From Burkholderiales bacterium (lineage in GTDB: Bacteria; Pseudomonadota; Gammaproteobacteria; Burkholderiales; SG8-41): a DNA stretch of 64,000 nt. Made by a program: the position numbers and the translations under genes. Positions 8,902 through 18,340 of the stretch are shown piece after piece. The first letter of the stretch is position 1; every line of letters begins with the position of its first letter. The DNA lies in contig JAIETP010000008.1 of assembly GCA_019744975.1 (NCBI GenBank), positions 5,549 to 69,548 on the forward strand. Reading direction: 5' to 3'. The notes under the pieces are model-generated. The model ran no database searches. It was given only the letters and a program-made list of their open reading frames with translations, and was not told the origin of the DNA.

Positions 8902-11900
8902 TCAATCCTTTTTGGATTTGAGTATCGGATGCGGGCCGCTGTTACTCATGGGGTCGGTGTTGGTTTGCAGGGCGTCGCGTACTTCTGCGCGCAGCTGTTC
9001 TGCCGTCCAGTTCTTGGGCAGGAACAAATGGATGCCGGCCATGTTGGTGGCGCGGGTCAGGGTAGGGGTGTCGTCGCTGCTCGATGCCAGCACACGCAGT
9101 GTGTTGGAGTAGAGTTTGCGGACTCGAGTCAGGAACTGGATGCCGCTCATTCCCGTCATGTCGTTGTCGCTGATGACGATATCCATCCGGTTGCCGGCGA
9201 GGATTTCGAAACCGTCCCTGGCATTTCTTGCGGTCAGCACGCGGAAGCCGTCGGGTGCAAATGCCTGCATCAGCAGCTGTAGTTCATTTTCATTTTCGAC
9301 AACCAGCAGCAGTGACACCGAGTTCCCGGTGGCCGGGCTCCGTGCCTGCGGCAGGCGCTTGTCGTCGGCGAGCATGCGCGCGCAGGCATCCGCCGGCAGG
9401 GGTTGCGAGAAATAAAAACCCTGGATTTCGTCGCAGCCGTGAAAACGCAGGAAATTAAGCTGGCCTTCGCTTTCGACGCCTTCAGCCACGACGCGGAGCT
9501 TGAGACTGTGCGCGAGATTGATGATGGTCACTGCGATTGCGGCGTCGTCCGGATCGTTGATGGCGTCGCGGATGAATTCGCGGTCGATCTTGAGTTCATC
9601 GAGCGGGAATCGTTTGAGATAAGCGAGGCTTGAGTATCCCGTACCAAAGTCGTCCACCGAGAGCTGCACACCCAGGCGTTTCAGCTGATGCAGGGTCTCG
9701 ACGGACTCCTGTGCATCGCTCATCAGCAAAGACTCGGTCAGTTCCAGTTTGAGCAGGGCCGGCTTGACCTTGTTGATGCGCAGCGCCTGTCCGACAGTAT
9801 CCACGAGATTTTTGACCTGGAACTGGCGGGCTGAAAGGTTGACTGCGACCGGATGCAGGACGACGCCTTCCTCTTCCCATTGCTTGATCTGCGCGCACAC
9901 GCTGTTCAGTATCCAGTCACCGACGGGTACGATCATGCCGGTTTCCTCGAGGACGGTGATGAATTCGGCCGGCGGAACCAGCGCCTCACCGTTTTGCCAG
10001 CGCAGCAGCGCTTCAAATCCGGTGACGGCGCCGCTCGCGAGGTCGGCCTTGGGCTGGTAGTGCAGCAGGAATTCCCCGCGGTCCAGGGCGCCGTGCAGTT
10101 TTGCTTCAAGTTGCTGGCGCTGGATCAGCCGCTCGTTCATTTGCGGCAGATAGAATTGATAACCGTTGCGTCCCTGGATTTTGGCCCGATACATCGCCGT
10201 GTCTGCATTTTTCAGCAATGCGTCGGAATCCTTGCCATCACTCGGGTAGAGGGCGATGCCGATGCTGGCGGAAATATAGGCCTGCTGGCCGTTGATGTCG
10301 AAGGGTGCCGCCAATGCTTCCACGATCTTCTGCGCGATCATGCCGGCGTCGTCGGTTTTCGCCAGATTCGACAGCACGACGGCGAATTCGTCGCCGCTCA
10401 GCCGCCCGACGGTGTCGCTGTTGCGGACGCAGGCCAGCATGCGCGTCGCGGCCTGGCGCAGCAGTTCGTCACCTGCCGCGTGGCCGTAGGTGTCGTTGAC
10501 GGCCTTGAAACGGTCGAGGTCCACAAACAGGATGCCCGCAGACCACTCGTTGCGTTGCGCCTGCGCCAGCATCTGGTTCAGTCGATCGGTGAACAAATAA
10601 CGGTTCGGCAGGTCGGTGACGGTGTCGAAACGCGCGAGAAAACTCAGCTTGTCCTCGGCCTGTTTGCGCTGGATGAACTGCCCGATCTGGCTGCCGATCG
10701 AGACCGTCGTTTGCACCAGCGCGGGTTCCGGTTTGCGTATGTTCGGTCCGAAGAATTCCATGACGCCGACCACGTCGCCGCCGATCAGGATCGGGAAGGC
10801 ATAGGCACTGTCCCATCCGAGTTTGATTGCGCTGGGCCGGCGGCGAAACGGTTTGTCGTCGTGCAGGTTGGAGAGCCAGGTGGCCTTTTTTTCATTCCAG
10901 GTGCGGCCCAGGAAGCGGCCGGTTTTGACATTTTTTGACGAGAGCCAGTTTTCCCGGTCGGCAGGATCGAATTCAGGTTCGGTTTTGCACCAGTATTCCG
11001 CGCGAATCATGAGCTGGGTTTTTTCGTCCAGCGACCAGCGCGCGCCATAAGCCCACTGCATCATTTCGCAGATGTTGCGGATGATCTGCTGCATGGCTTC
11101 GGCGACGGTCGTCGATTCGGCCAGCAGTTGGGTCACCGCATGCGACATGGCGCGGCGGACGGCGGCATCTTTTTCCTCGGTGATGTCCCGGCTGATGCCC
11201 ACTGTGCCGATGATTTCCCCGTCGACGGTCCGCAGCGGCACCTTGCGCGTCGAGCCCCAGCGGATTTTGTCCGTCTCCCCATCTTTGTGCTCGATCATCA
11301 GCCTGTGTTCGGGGTTTTGTATCGGTATCCCTGTCTGCACGATCTCCCGGTCCTGGCTGGCCAGGGTTTCAGCCACTTTGGGCGGGAAAAAGTCATGGAC
11401 GGTTTTGCCGGAAATATCGGTGTCGTGCGTGCCCCGGGCATTGAGCCAGCTCCGGTTGGCAATCAGGTAGGTGCCGTTCTTGTCCTTGGCGTAAATGTGA
11501 TCGGGAAGGGCATCGATGATGGTGCGCATCAAGGCGCGTTCGCGGACGATCACTTCCTCTGTTTTTTTGCGTTCGGTGATGTCCTCGATGATCCTCAGGT
11601 GGTAGAGCGGATTGCCCGAAGCGTCGCGCACCATGGACACCGAGCGGTTGCCCCAGAACACGGAACCGTCTTTGCGCACGAACTTGCGCTCTGACGAAAA
11701 CGAGGGTGCATTTTCTGTCTGCGCCAGGGCCTGGTACTTGGGGCGATCCTTGAACTGGTAATCAGGATGGACTAGTTGCGTGCTGGTCATGTTCAGCAAC
11801 TCGTCTTCGCTGTACCCGAGCATTTCGCAAAGTTTTGGATTTGCACGCAGGATTTTGTAGGAATCGATGGCCGTGTGGAGGATGCCCACCGGCGCGTTGT

Positions 11901-13113
11901 CAATGGTCGCCCGGTAGCGCAATTCAGCTTCCTTACGCGCGGAGATGTCTTCGATGACCCTGATGAAGAACAGCGGTTTTCCGGAGGCATCGCGTGCCAG
12001 TGACACCGTGCGGTTGGTCCAGAGCGCAGTTCCGTCTTTGCGGATGTATCTTTTTTCTTCGTTCAAATGGTCGAGTTTTCCCTCCCACATCAGGCGGCGT
12101 TTGTTCACGTCGTTCTGGTGATCTTCCGGGAGGGTGAAATCAACGACTTTGCGGCCCAGCAGCTCTGCCTGGCTGTAACCCAGCATTTCGCAGAACTTGC
12201 GGTTGACCCGCAGGTAGCGGCCGTCGGCGGAGGTATGAACGATACCCACGGCGGCTTGATCGAAGGTTTCCTGGTGATGTTGTTCGAGTTCTTTTTTGTC
12301 GGAGATGTCCTCGACGATGCTGATGACGTACTGCGGCGCGCCTGCGCTATCGCAGGCAGTGGACATGGTGCGCCGCACCCACAGGGGAGTGCCGTCTTTG
12401 CGCAGGAAGCGTTTTTCACCGCTTCGTGAACCGCTGTCGCCGCCCTGGGAGCGGTATTGCGCACCAATCCCGTAATCATCCGGGTGGGTGATGTCTTTTA
12501 TGGTCTTGCCCAGCAATTCTTCCTTGCTGAAACCGAGCAGGTCGCTGAATTTCTGGTTGCAGTCGATGAGCACTCCGTTCAGGTCGACACGGGTGATGCC
12601 CACCGCCGCCTGATCGAAGATTTCGCGGAAGCGGGCTTCGTTTTCCCGGGAACGCTGGTCAGCCAGCTTGCGCTGATGGATGTCGTCGATGGTATGGATC
12701 AGGTAGGACTCGCCATCGGGCGTCTGTGCCTTGGCCACGGTCCGCGAAACCCAGAAGGCGCTGCCGTCCTTGCGGACAAAACGTTTGTCGCTCGCGAAAT
12801 GGTCGCGGATGCCTTCGATCAATTCGTGCCGCATGTGATCCTGCTGGTCGCGATCCTCGGGATGGGTCAGGTCGCGGGTGGTCATGCCGAGCAGTTCGTC
12901 AGCGGTATAACCCAGCATCTCGGTCAGTTTGCGGTTGCTGCCGAGGATCCTGCCTTCGGTGGTCGTATAGGCAATACCGACGGCAATCTGGTCAAAGAAT
13001 GACTGAAAGCGGGCGCCGGTGGTATCAGCGGCAGGCGCAATGCCGCTCCCGGCCGCTTGAGCCGCGCTGTTGTCCGATTTCCCCCTTCGTGCCGCCATCG
13101 CTTTACCTGTCAT
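8902..13113 (-). CDS. Multi-PAS/PAC + GAF + GGDEF + EAL + C-terminal REC c-di-GMP signalling protein (start uncertain)
   Basis: Five PAS/PAC repeats, RNSD..RLSGDEF, FEALLRW, DDFGTGYSSL, C-terminal receiver-like domain. Confidence 0.95.
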   Translation of the reverse strand: MTGKAMAARRGKSDNSAAQAAGSGIAPAADTTGARFQSFFDQIAVGIAYTTTEGRILGSNRKLTEMLGYTADELLGMTTRDLTHPEDRDQQDHMRHELIEGIRDHFASDKRFVRKDGSAFWVSRTVAKAQTPDGESYLIHTIDDIHQRKLADQRSRENEARFREIFDQAAVGITRVDLNGVLIDCNQKFSDLLGFSKEELLGKTIKDITHPDDYGIGAQYRSQGGDSGSRSGEKRFLRKDGTPLWVRRTMSTACDSAGAPQYVISIVEDISDKKELEQHHQETFDQAAVGIVHTSADGRYLRVNRKFCEMLGYSQAELLGRKVVDFTLPEDHQNDVNKRRLMWEGKLDHLNEEKRYIRKDGTALWTNRTVSLARDASGKPLFFIRVIEDISARKEAELRYRATIDNAPVGILHTAIDSYKILRANPKLCEMLGYSEDELLNMTSTQLVHPDYQFKDRPKYQALAQTENAPSFSSERKFVRKDGSVFWGNRSVSMVRDASGNPLYHLRIIEDITERKKTEEVIVRERALMRTIIDALPDHIYAKDKNGTYLIANRSWLNARGTHDTDISGKTVHDFFPPKVAETLASQDREIVQTGIPIQNPEHRLMIEHKDGETDKIRWGSTRKVPLRTVDGEIIGTVGISRDITEEKDAAVRRAMSHAVTQLLAESTTVAEAMQQIIRNICEMMQWAYGARWSLDEKTQLMIRAEYWCKTEPEFDPADRENWLSSKNVKTGRFLGRTWNEKKATWLSNLHDDKPFRRRPSAIKLGWDSAYAFPILIGGDVVGVMEFFGPNIRKPEPALVQTTVSIGSQIGQFIQRKQAEDKLSFLARFDTVTDLPNRYLFTDRLNQMLAQAQRNEWSAGILFVDLDRFKAVNDTYGHAAGDELLRQAATRMLACVRNSDTVGRLSGDEFAVVLSNLAKTDDAGMIAQKIVEALAAPFDINGQQAYISASIGIALYPSDGKDSDALLKNADTAMYRAKIQGRNGYQFYLPQMNERLIQRQQLEAKLHGALDRGEFLLHYQPKADLASGAVTGFEALLRWQNGEALVPPAEFITVLEETGMIVPVGDWILNSVCAQIKQWEEEGVVLHPVAVNLSARQFQVKNLVDTVGQALRINKVKPALLKLELTESLLMSDAQESVETLHQLKRLGVQLSVDDFGTGYSSLAYLKRFPLDELKIDREFIRDAINDPDDAAIAVTIINLAHSLKLRVVAEGVESEGQLNFLRFHGCDEIQGFYFSQPLPADACARMLADDKRLPQARSPATGNSVSLLLVVENENELQLLMQAFAPDGFRVLTARNARDGFEILAGNRMDIVISDNDMTGMSGIQFLTRVRKLYSNTLRVLASSSDDTPTLTRATNMAGIHLFLPKNWTAEQLRAEVRDALQTNTDPMSNSGPHPILKSKKD

Positions 13114-13463
13114 TGTGGACGTTGGGTTTGATGCCCATGCGATTTCATGCGTCCGGTTTTGCCCCATCATGCATCGGATTCGATTTTGCAGTGCATGTTA
13201 TCCCGGGGCCGTCCGTTAATGGTGATCCGCGGGATTTTGCAGGCAGCGGAAAGGCCGGGAAAAGCGGTTTTATGGGGTATGCGGGGGGAGACTGGCGGGG
13301 GGAGGAGCCCCTGCTTGCAAAAAATGGAATTATTCAATATTTATAATGGCTTAGTTGCGTTTCTGCGGGTAAGGGAGTACCTTTCGGCGTAATTCGTGGA
13401 TCGGGAGGTGGCATCGTTAGGTCCATTTGGACATGGCGCGCTTGGTCAGCAGCACTGCTGCTG

Positions 13464-14339
13464 GTGATCGCGTCGGCGGCAAACGCCGCAGGTCTCGGCA
13501 AACTCGTCGTATTGTCGGCGATGGGGGAACCCTTCCGCGCTGAAATCGATCTGCTCAATCTGACGCAGTTTCCCGACAGCCGCACTACTGTGACGCCGCG
13601 TCTGGCATCCCCGGAGATCTACCCGCCGCTGGGTTTCCGCTATAACCCGGCATTGACCGGGGCCCGCCTGAGTATCCAGTCCCGTGCCAACGGTCGCCAT
13701 GTGCTTGAGCTGGTATCCCTTCAGCCGCTGAATGAGCCGTTTGTCTATCTGCTGGTCGAGCTCGAGTCGGACGCAGCACGCATCGTGCGCGGCTACACCG
13801 CGCTGCTGGATCCGCCGGGTTACCGTGCGCCGCGGCAGACCGCGGCAGTGGAATATGTGCCTGCGGTGGTTCCACCCACTGTAACAGCGGTGACTCCCGC
13901 TGCCGTGCGCGCACCGGCGCTTGATCGCCGTCCGGCAGTTGCACGTCCGGCGCCGCGACAGGACGTTTTGTCGAACACTGATGCAAAAACGCTGGCGGCC
14001 ATGCTCGACCGTGTTGCGGCGCTGGAGACCGCGGTCGCGCAATTGCAGCGCCATTGGGAAAAACCCGCGGTGGGCGCCGCGGCGCCGCCGCAAGCAGCAC
14101 CGGTCGCAGCCCAGCCGGCAGCCGTTGCTGCGCCAGCACCACCTGCGATTCAGGCACCAGTGGTGCAGACAAAACCGGCAGCCCCTTTCGAATCCGCACC
14201 GCGTCGTGCCTCAGACCAGGATTCCCTGCTCAACAATGCCCTGCTGGTGCTGGCGATCGGCTTGTTGATCCTTCTGGGCGGGCTGGTCTATGTGATGTGG
14301 GGGCGTCCGGCCAAAGATCGACCCGCGAAGGTCGACTGA
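13464..14339 (+). CDS. FimV N-terminal-like domain protein with Pro/Ala linker and C-terminal TM (start uncertain)
   Basis: AAGLGKLVVLSAMGEPFRAEIDL...PLNEPFVYLLVEL...YTALLDPP. Confidence 0.8.
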   Translation: MIASAANAAGLGKLVVLSAMGEPFRAEIDLLNLTQFPDSRTTVTPRLASPEIYPPLGFRYNPALTGARLSIQSRANGRHVLELVSLQPLNEPFVYLLVELESDAARIVRGYTALLDPPGYRAPRQTAAVEYVPAVVPPTVTAVTPAAVRAPALDRRPAVARPAPRQDVLSNTDAKTLAAMLDRVAALETAVAQLQRHWEKPAVGAAAPPQAAPVAAQPAAVAAPAPPAIQAPVVQTKPAAPFESAPRRASDQDSLLNNALLVLAIGLLILLGGLVYVMWGRPAKDRPAKVD

Positions 14340-14379
14340 GTTTGGCAACGGCGCCTTTGGCATTACGTGTGGAGCTGAC

Positions 14380-14958
14380 ATGACTTATCTGATACTCGGT
14401 TTGATTTTTTTCCTCGGCATTCATTCGACCCGCATCGTCGCCGACGGTTTTCGCACGCGCAGCATTGTCCGCAGCGGACTCCTGCCGTGGAAGGGCGTCT
14501 ATGCCCTGGTTTCAATCGCCGGTTTTGTGCTGCTGGTGTGGGGCTACGGACAGGCGCGTTACGAATCCGCAGTACTCTACAACCCGCCGCAGTTCATGCG
14601 TCATGTCGCCGGGCTGCTGATGCTGGTGTCGCTGGTGCTGGTGGCTGCGGCCTATGTGCCGCGCAATCACATCAAGGCGGCGCTCGGGCATCCGATGTTT
14701 GCCGGGATCAAGCTCTGGGCGTTTGCGCACCTGCTGTCGAACGGGCGGCTGGCGGATGTGCTGTTGTTCGGTACGTTTTTGGCCTGGGCCGTCGCCGGTT
14801 TTATTGTTTCGCGCAAACGGGACCGCGCCGCGGGTACGGTGTATCCGGCGGGGACTGGGCTGCGCACGCTGCTGACGGTGATTGTCGGGGTCGGGGCGTG
14901 GGCGGTGCTGGTGTCGGGCCTGCATCTTTGGCTGATCGGGGTTTCGCCCTTCGTGTAA
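14380..14958 (+). CDS. NnrU-family membrane protein
   Basis: LILGLIFFLGIHS, WKGVYALVS, HPMFAGIKLWAFAHLLSNG. Confidence 0.9.
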   Translation: MTYLILGLIFFLGIHSTRIVADGFRTRSIVRSGLLPWKGVYALVSIAGFVLLVWGYGQARYESAVLYNPPQFMRHVAGLLMLVSLVLVAAAYVPRNHIKAALGHPMFAGIKLWAFAHLLSNGRLADVLLFGTFLAWAVAGFIVSRKRDRAAGTVYPAGTGLRTLLTVIVGVGAWAVLVSGLHLWLIGVSPFV

Positions 14959-14988
14959 AGTGGCGCACCCATCGGCCGGGGAGGGGCG

Positions 14989-17157
14989 ATGAAGTCTTTG
15001 CAAACAGGGTATGTTGCGGCGGCAGGTTTTGCGCTCGCCGCTGTTATTCAGACACAAGCGCAGGCACAAGCGCAGGTGCAAGCGCAGGTGCAAGCGCAGG
15101 CACAAGCGCCTGCGCAGGATACGGGGCGGCCGGTCGCTGTTTTGCCCGAGGTCACGGTCAGCGCCACGCGCAGCGAGCGCGACAGCATGGATCTGCCGGT
15201 GTCCATCGACAGCGTGAACCTGCGCGCGATCCGCGAGGACAATCCGCAGGTCAATCTTTCCGAATCCCTGGGGCGCGTGCCCGGTATTGCGGTGCAGAAC
15301 CGGCAGAACTACGCGCAGGATCTGCAGATTTCCTCCCGCGGTTTTGGTGCGCGTTCGGCGTTCGGGGTGCGCGGGATCCGGCTGATTGCCGACGGCATAC
15401 CCGCCACCATGCCCGACGGCCAGGGGCAGGCGGCATCCTTCAATCTGTCATCGGCACAGCGCATCGAAGTACTGCGCGGCCCCTTCTCCAGCCTCTACGG
15501 CAACGCGGCCGGCGGCGTGGTGCAGATTTTTACCGCCGACGGGCCGGTGGATCCGACGTATTCGGCGAGCGCCGTGGCCGGCAGTTTCGGCAGCCGGAAG
15601 CTGGGTTTTCAGTACGGCGGGCAGCACGGGGCGCTCAATGTACTGATGGACGCCTCGCGTTTCGAGACCGACGGCTACCGTGACCACAGCGCGGCGCGGC
15701 GCGACCAGGTCAATGCCAGGCTCAAATACGATCTGGGCGGTGCGGGGCGCCTGACGCTGGTGTTCAACGCGCTTGACCAGCCGGAAGCCCAGGATCCGCT
15801 CGGTTTGACCGCGGCGCAGGTGGCGGCGAATCCGCGGCAGGCGGTTGCGAATGCCTACACCTTCAATACCCGCAAGAGCACGGCCCAGACGCAGGCCGGC
15901 ATGACCTGGGAGATGCCGTTGAGCCCGCAGGATACCCTGCATGCGCGGGCTTATTTCGGCGACCGCCAGGTGACCCAGCACTTGGGTTTCGAAGGTGCTT
16001 TTCCCCTTCTCAGCTCAGGTGGCGTGGTTGATCTGGACCGCGGCTACGGCGGGGTCGGATTGCGCTGGTCGCGGGAGGCCAAAGTCGCAGGTCGTGCTTT
16101 CACGGTCAACTTAGGTATCGATCATGATCGTATGGCCGAGCGCCGGCGCGGTTTCGTCAACAATAACGGCATCACCGGTGCCTTGAAGCGCGACGAAGAC
16201 AATACTGTCTCCAACACCGACGTTTATACGCAAGTCGAATGGCAGGCATCACGGCAACTGGGGTTGCTCGCGGGTGTGCGGCACAGCCGCGTTGCGTTTG
16301 ATTCGCGTGATTATTTTGTTGCCGGCCTCAATGGCGATGACAGCGGCGCAATCGATTATGTTCGTACGACACCGGCCGTTGGCGCGATCTGGCGCTTTAC
16401 GCCGGTTCTTAATGCCTACGCCAATTTCGGGCGAGGCTTTGAGACACCGACATTTGCTGAATTGGCATACCGGAGAAACGCAACTGGAACCCTGATTCCG
16501 GGACTCAACTTTGCGCTGAAACCGTCCAACAGCATGCATCGTGAGATCGGTATCAAAGCGCTGACGGGGGATCTCGGCCATGTCAATATGGCTCTGTTCC
16601 GCATCGACACCAAGGACGAGATTGTCGTCAACAGCTCTGCCAGCGGACGCACTGATTACCGCAATGCTTCGGGCACGCAGCGCAAAGGATTGGAAATCGC
16701 ATGGCAGCAGCGGTACAGCGCGGGATTTGAATCCGCGCTGGCGTGGACTTTGCTCGACGCCAAATTCAGCCAGCCGTTTACCTCGGGCGTGCCGCCGACC
16801 ACGGTGAACTCGGGTAACCGTCTCCCCGGTGTTGCACCCAATCTGTTTTATGGCGAGTTGGTTTGGCGTCATGCCGCGAGCGGATTTCATGCCGGGGTCG
16901 AGCTCCGACACAGCGGCAAGGTGTTCGTCAACGACCAGAACAGCGAGTCTGCCGCCGCCTACACGGTGGGCAATCTGCGTGCGGGTTTCCAGCAGCGTGG
17001 CCGAGGCTGGCGGCTCACCGAATTCCTGCGCATCGACAATGTTTCGGACCGGGCCTACATCGGTTCGGTCATCGTGGCGGATAACAACGGCCGTTATTAT
17101 GAGCCGGCGCCGGGGCGCGCGGCGATTGTGGGAGTGGCGCTGGAGTTGACGCGCTGA
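14989..17157 (+). CDS. TonB-dependent receptor (YncD-like)
   Basis: LPEVTVSATR TonB box, NRQNYAQDLQISSRGFGARS, IEVLRGPFSSLYGNA. Confidence 0.93.
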   Translation: MKSLQTGYVAAAGFALAAVIQTQAQAQAQVQAQVQAQAQAPAQDTGRPVAVLPEVTVSATRSERDSMDLPVSIDSVNLRAIREDNPQVNLSESLGRVPGIAVQNRQNYAQDLQISSRGFGARSAFGVRGIRLIADGIPATMPDGQGQAASFNLSSAQRIEVLRGPFSSLYGNAAGGVVQIFTADGPVDPTYSASAVAGSFGSRKLGFQYGGQHGALNVLMDASRFETDGYRDHSAARRDQVNARLKYDLGGAGRLTLVFNALDQPEAQDPLGLTAAQVAANPRQAVANAYTFNTRKSTAQTQAGMTWEMPLSPQDTLHARAYFGDRQVTQHLGFEGAFPLLSSGGVVDLDRGYGGVGLRWSREAKVAGRAFTVNLGIDHDRMAERRRGFVNNNGITGALKRDEDNTVSNTDVYTQVEWQASRQLGLLAGVRHSRVAFDSRDYFVAGLNGDDSGAIDYVRTTPAVGAIWRFTPVLNAYANFGRGFETPTFAELAYRRNATGTLIPGLNFALKPSNSMHREIGIKALTGDLGHVNMALFRIDTKDEIVVNSSASGRTDYRNASGTQRKGLEIAWQQRYSAGFESALAWTLLDAKFSQPFTSGVPPTTVNSGNRLPGVAPNLFYGELVWRHAASGFHAGVELRHSGKVFVNDQNSESAAAYTVGNLRAGFQQRGRGWRLTEFLRIDNVSDRAYIGSVIVADNNGRYYEPAPGRAAIVGVALELTR
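15055..15108 (+). repeat. In-frame 12-bp tandem repeat encoding (QAQA/QVQA)n
   Basis: caagcgcaggca caagcgcaggtg caagcgcaggtg caagcgcaggca caagcg. Confidence 0.85.
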
Positions 17158-17171
17158 GGCTGGAACCACTC

Positions 17172-17318
17172 CCGATGGGCGAGGTAATGCGCCAGCGCCG
17201 CTATGTCGGCATCCGTCGTTTTGTACATCACCGCATTCATGCTGGTATCGACGCCTGAGCGCTGGTTGTCGCGATAGGCCTTCAGCGCGGCGGCCGGATA
17301 ATCTTCACGCTGGTTGGT
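17172..17318 (-). pseudogene. C-terminal remnant of a cytochrome c4/c553-like gene
   Basis: Manual translation TNQREDYPAAALKAYRDNQRSGVDTSMNAVMYKTTDADIAALAHYLAHR; no CxxCH or plausible N-terminus upstream. Confidence 0.65.
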
Positions 17319-17573
17319 GTTGCGCCGTCAGGGCCGTTGCAGGCTTTGCGGCCGCGGTTTTCCGGTGCTTGATCCAGTATCAATTCTTGCTGACCGAATT
17401 TACAAAAAAATAAATAAAAACAAATGGTTAAAATAATTCATCAGAGATGCCGGGTGGCGCGAAACGGTGCTGCAGGCGGAATGTCATCGCAGCCGGTGTT
17501 GCCGGTGAGTGTGCGGTATTGCGCTGGTGTGCCGGCGACGATGACTACAGAATGCCCGCAGAGGGAGGGAAGC

Positions 17574-18245
17574 ATGGCGCGCAGCAGGAAAAATCTGGTT
17601 CATGACGTCATTGAGCTGACGGTTCGTTTGCCGTGGTGGGCTGGTGTGGCTGCGGCGCTGCTGTCGTGGGTGGTGTTGTATTGGCTCATTCGTACGCCGT
17701 CGCCGGTATCGTTTCCGTCGGATGTGGTGGTTTTGCCGGTGCTGCGCGGCCTCGCGATGGGTCTGCAATATCTGCTGCCGGCGGTTTTCCTCGCTGCTGC
17801 GGCAGTGTCGGCCTGGTTGCGTTACAAACAATACAAAAATTATGCTGATGTTGCCGGCGAGCGGGGCCATGCCGCGCTGGAACTGCTGACCTGGCGCGAG
17901 TTCGAGCATCTGGTGGCGGAGTTTTTCCGGCGCAAGGGTTTTCATGTCGAGCAGCGCGGCGGGCGCGAGCTCGACGGCGGCGTTGATCTGGTGGCGAGCA
18001 TCGGTGAAGACCGTTATCTCGTGCAGTGCAAACACTGGCGGGTACAGCGCGTCGGTGTGAAGGTGGTGCGTGAAATCTGCGGCGTGGCCGCGGCCGAAAA
18101 TGCCGCGGGCGTGTTTGTGGTGACTTCCGGCACATTCACCGACGAGGCACGGCGTTTTGTCGAGGAAAACCGCATTGACATCGAGCTCATTGCCGGCGAC
18201 CAGCTGCGGCGGATGATCCAGGGGCTGGAAACCACCAAGCCCTGA
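17574..18245 (+). CDS. Membrane-anchored Mrr-family restriction endonuclease
   Basis: Two TM segments, then LTWREFEHLVAEFFRRKG...DGGVDL...VQCKHW. Confidence 0.9.
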   Translation: MARSRKNLVHDVIELTVRLPWWAGVAAALLSWVVLYWLIRTPSPVSFPSDVVVLPVLRGLAMGLQYLLPAVFLAAAAVSAWLRYKQYKNYADVAGERGHAALELLTWREFEHLVAEFFRRKGFHVEQRGGRELDGGVDLVASIGEDRYLVQCKHWRVQRVGVKVVREICGVAAAENAAGVFVVTSGTFTDEARRFVEENRIDIELIAGDQLRRMIQGLETTKP

Positions 18246-18262
18246 CGATTTCCACGCCCCGG

Positions 18263-18340
18263 TTATTTCAGCAGCTTATCTTGATGCCTTATTTGAGGGC
18301 CTCATTTGAGTGCCTCATTCGAGTACCTCATTTTAGTACA
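18263..18340 (-). repeat. Six degenerate 13-bp tandem units, each ending in a stop codon
   Basis: Minus strand: tGTACTAAAATGA gGTACTCGAATGA gGCACTCAAATGA gGCCCTCAAATAA gGCATCAAGATAA gCTGCTGAAATAA. Confidence 0.8.

Noticed and set aside
18263-18340. Possible CRISPR array (also considered for 185-248 and 31011-31083)
   Set aside because: Units are 7-13 bp with no spacers and there are no cas genes
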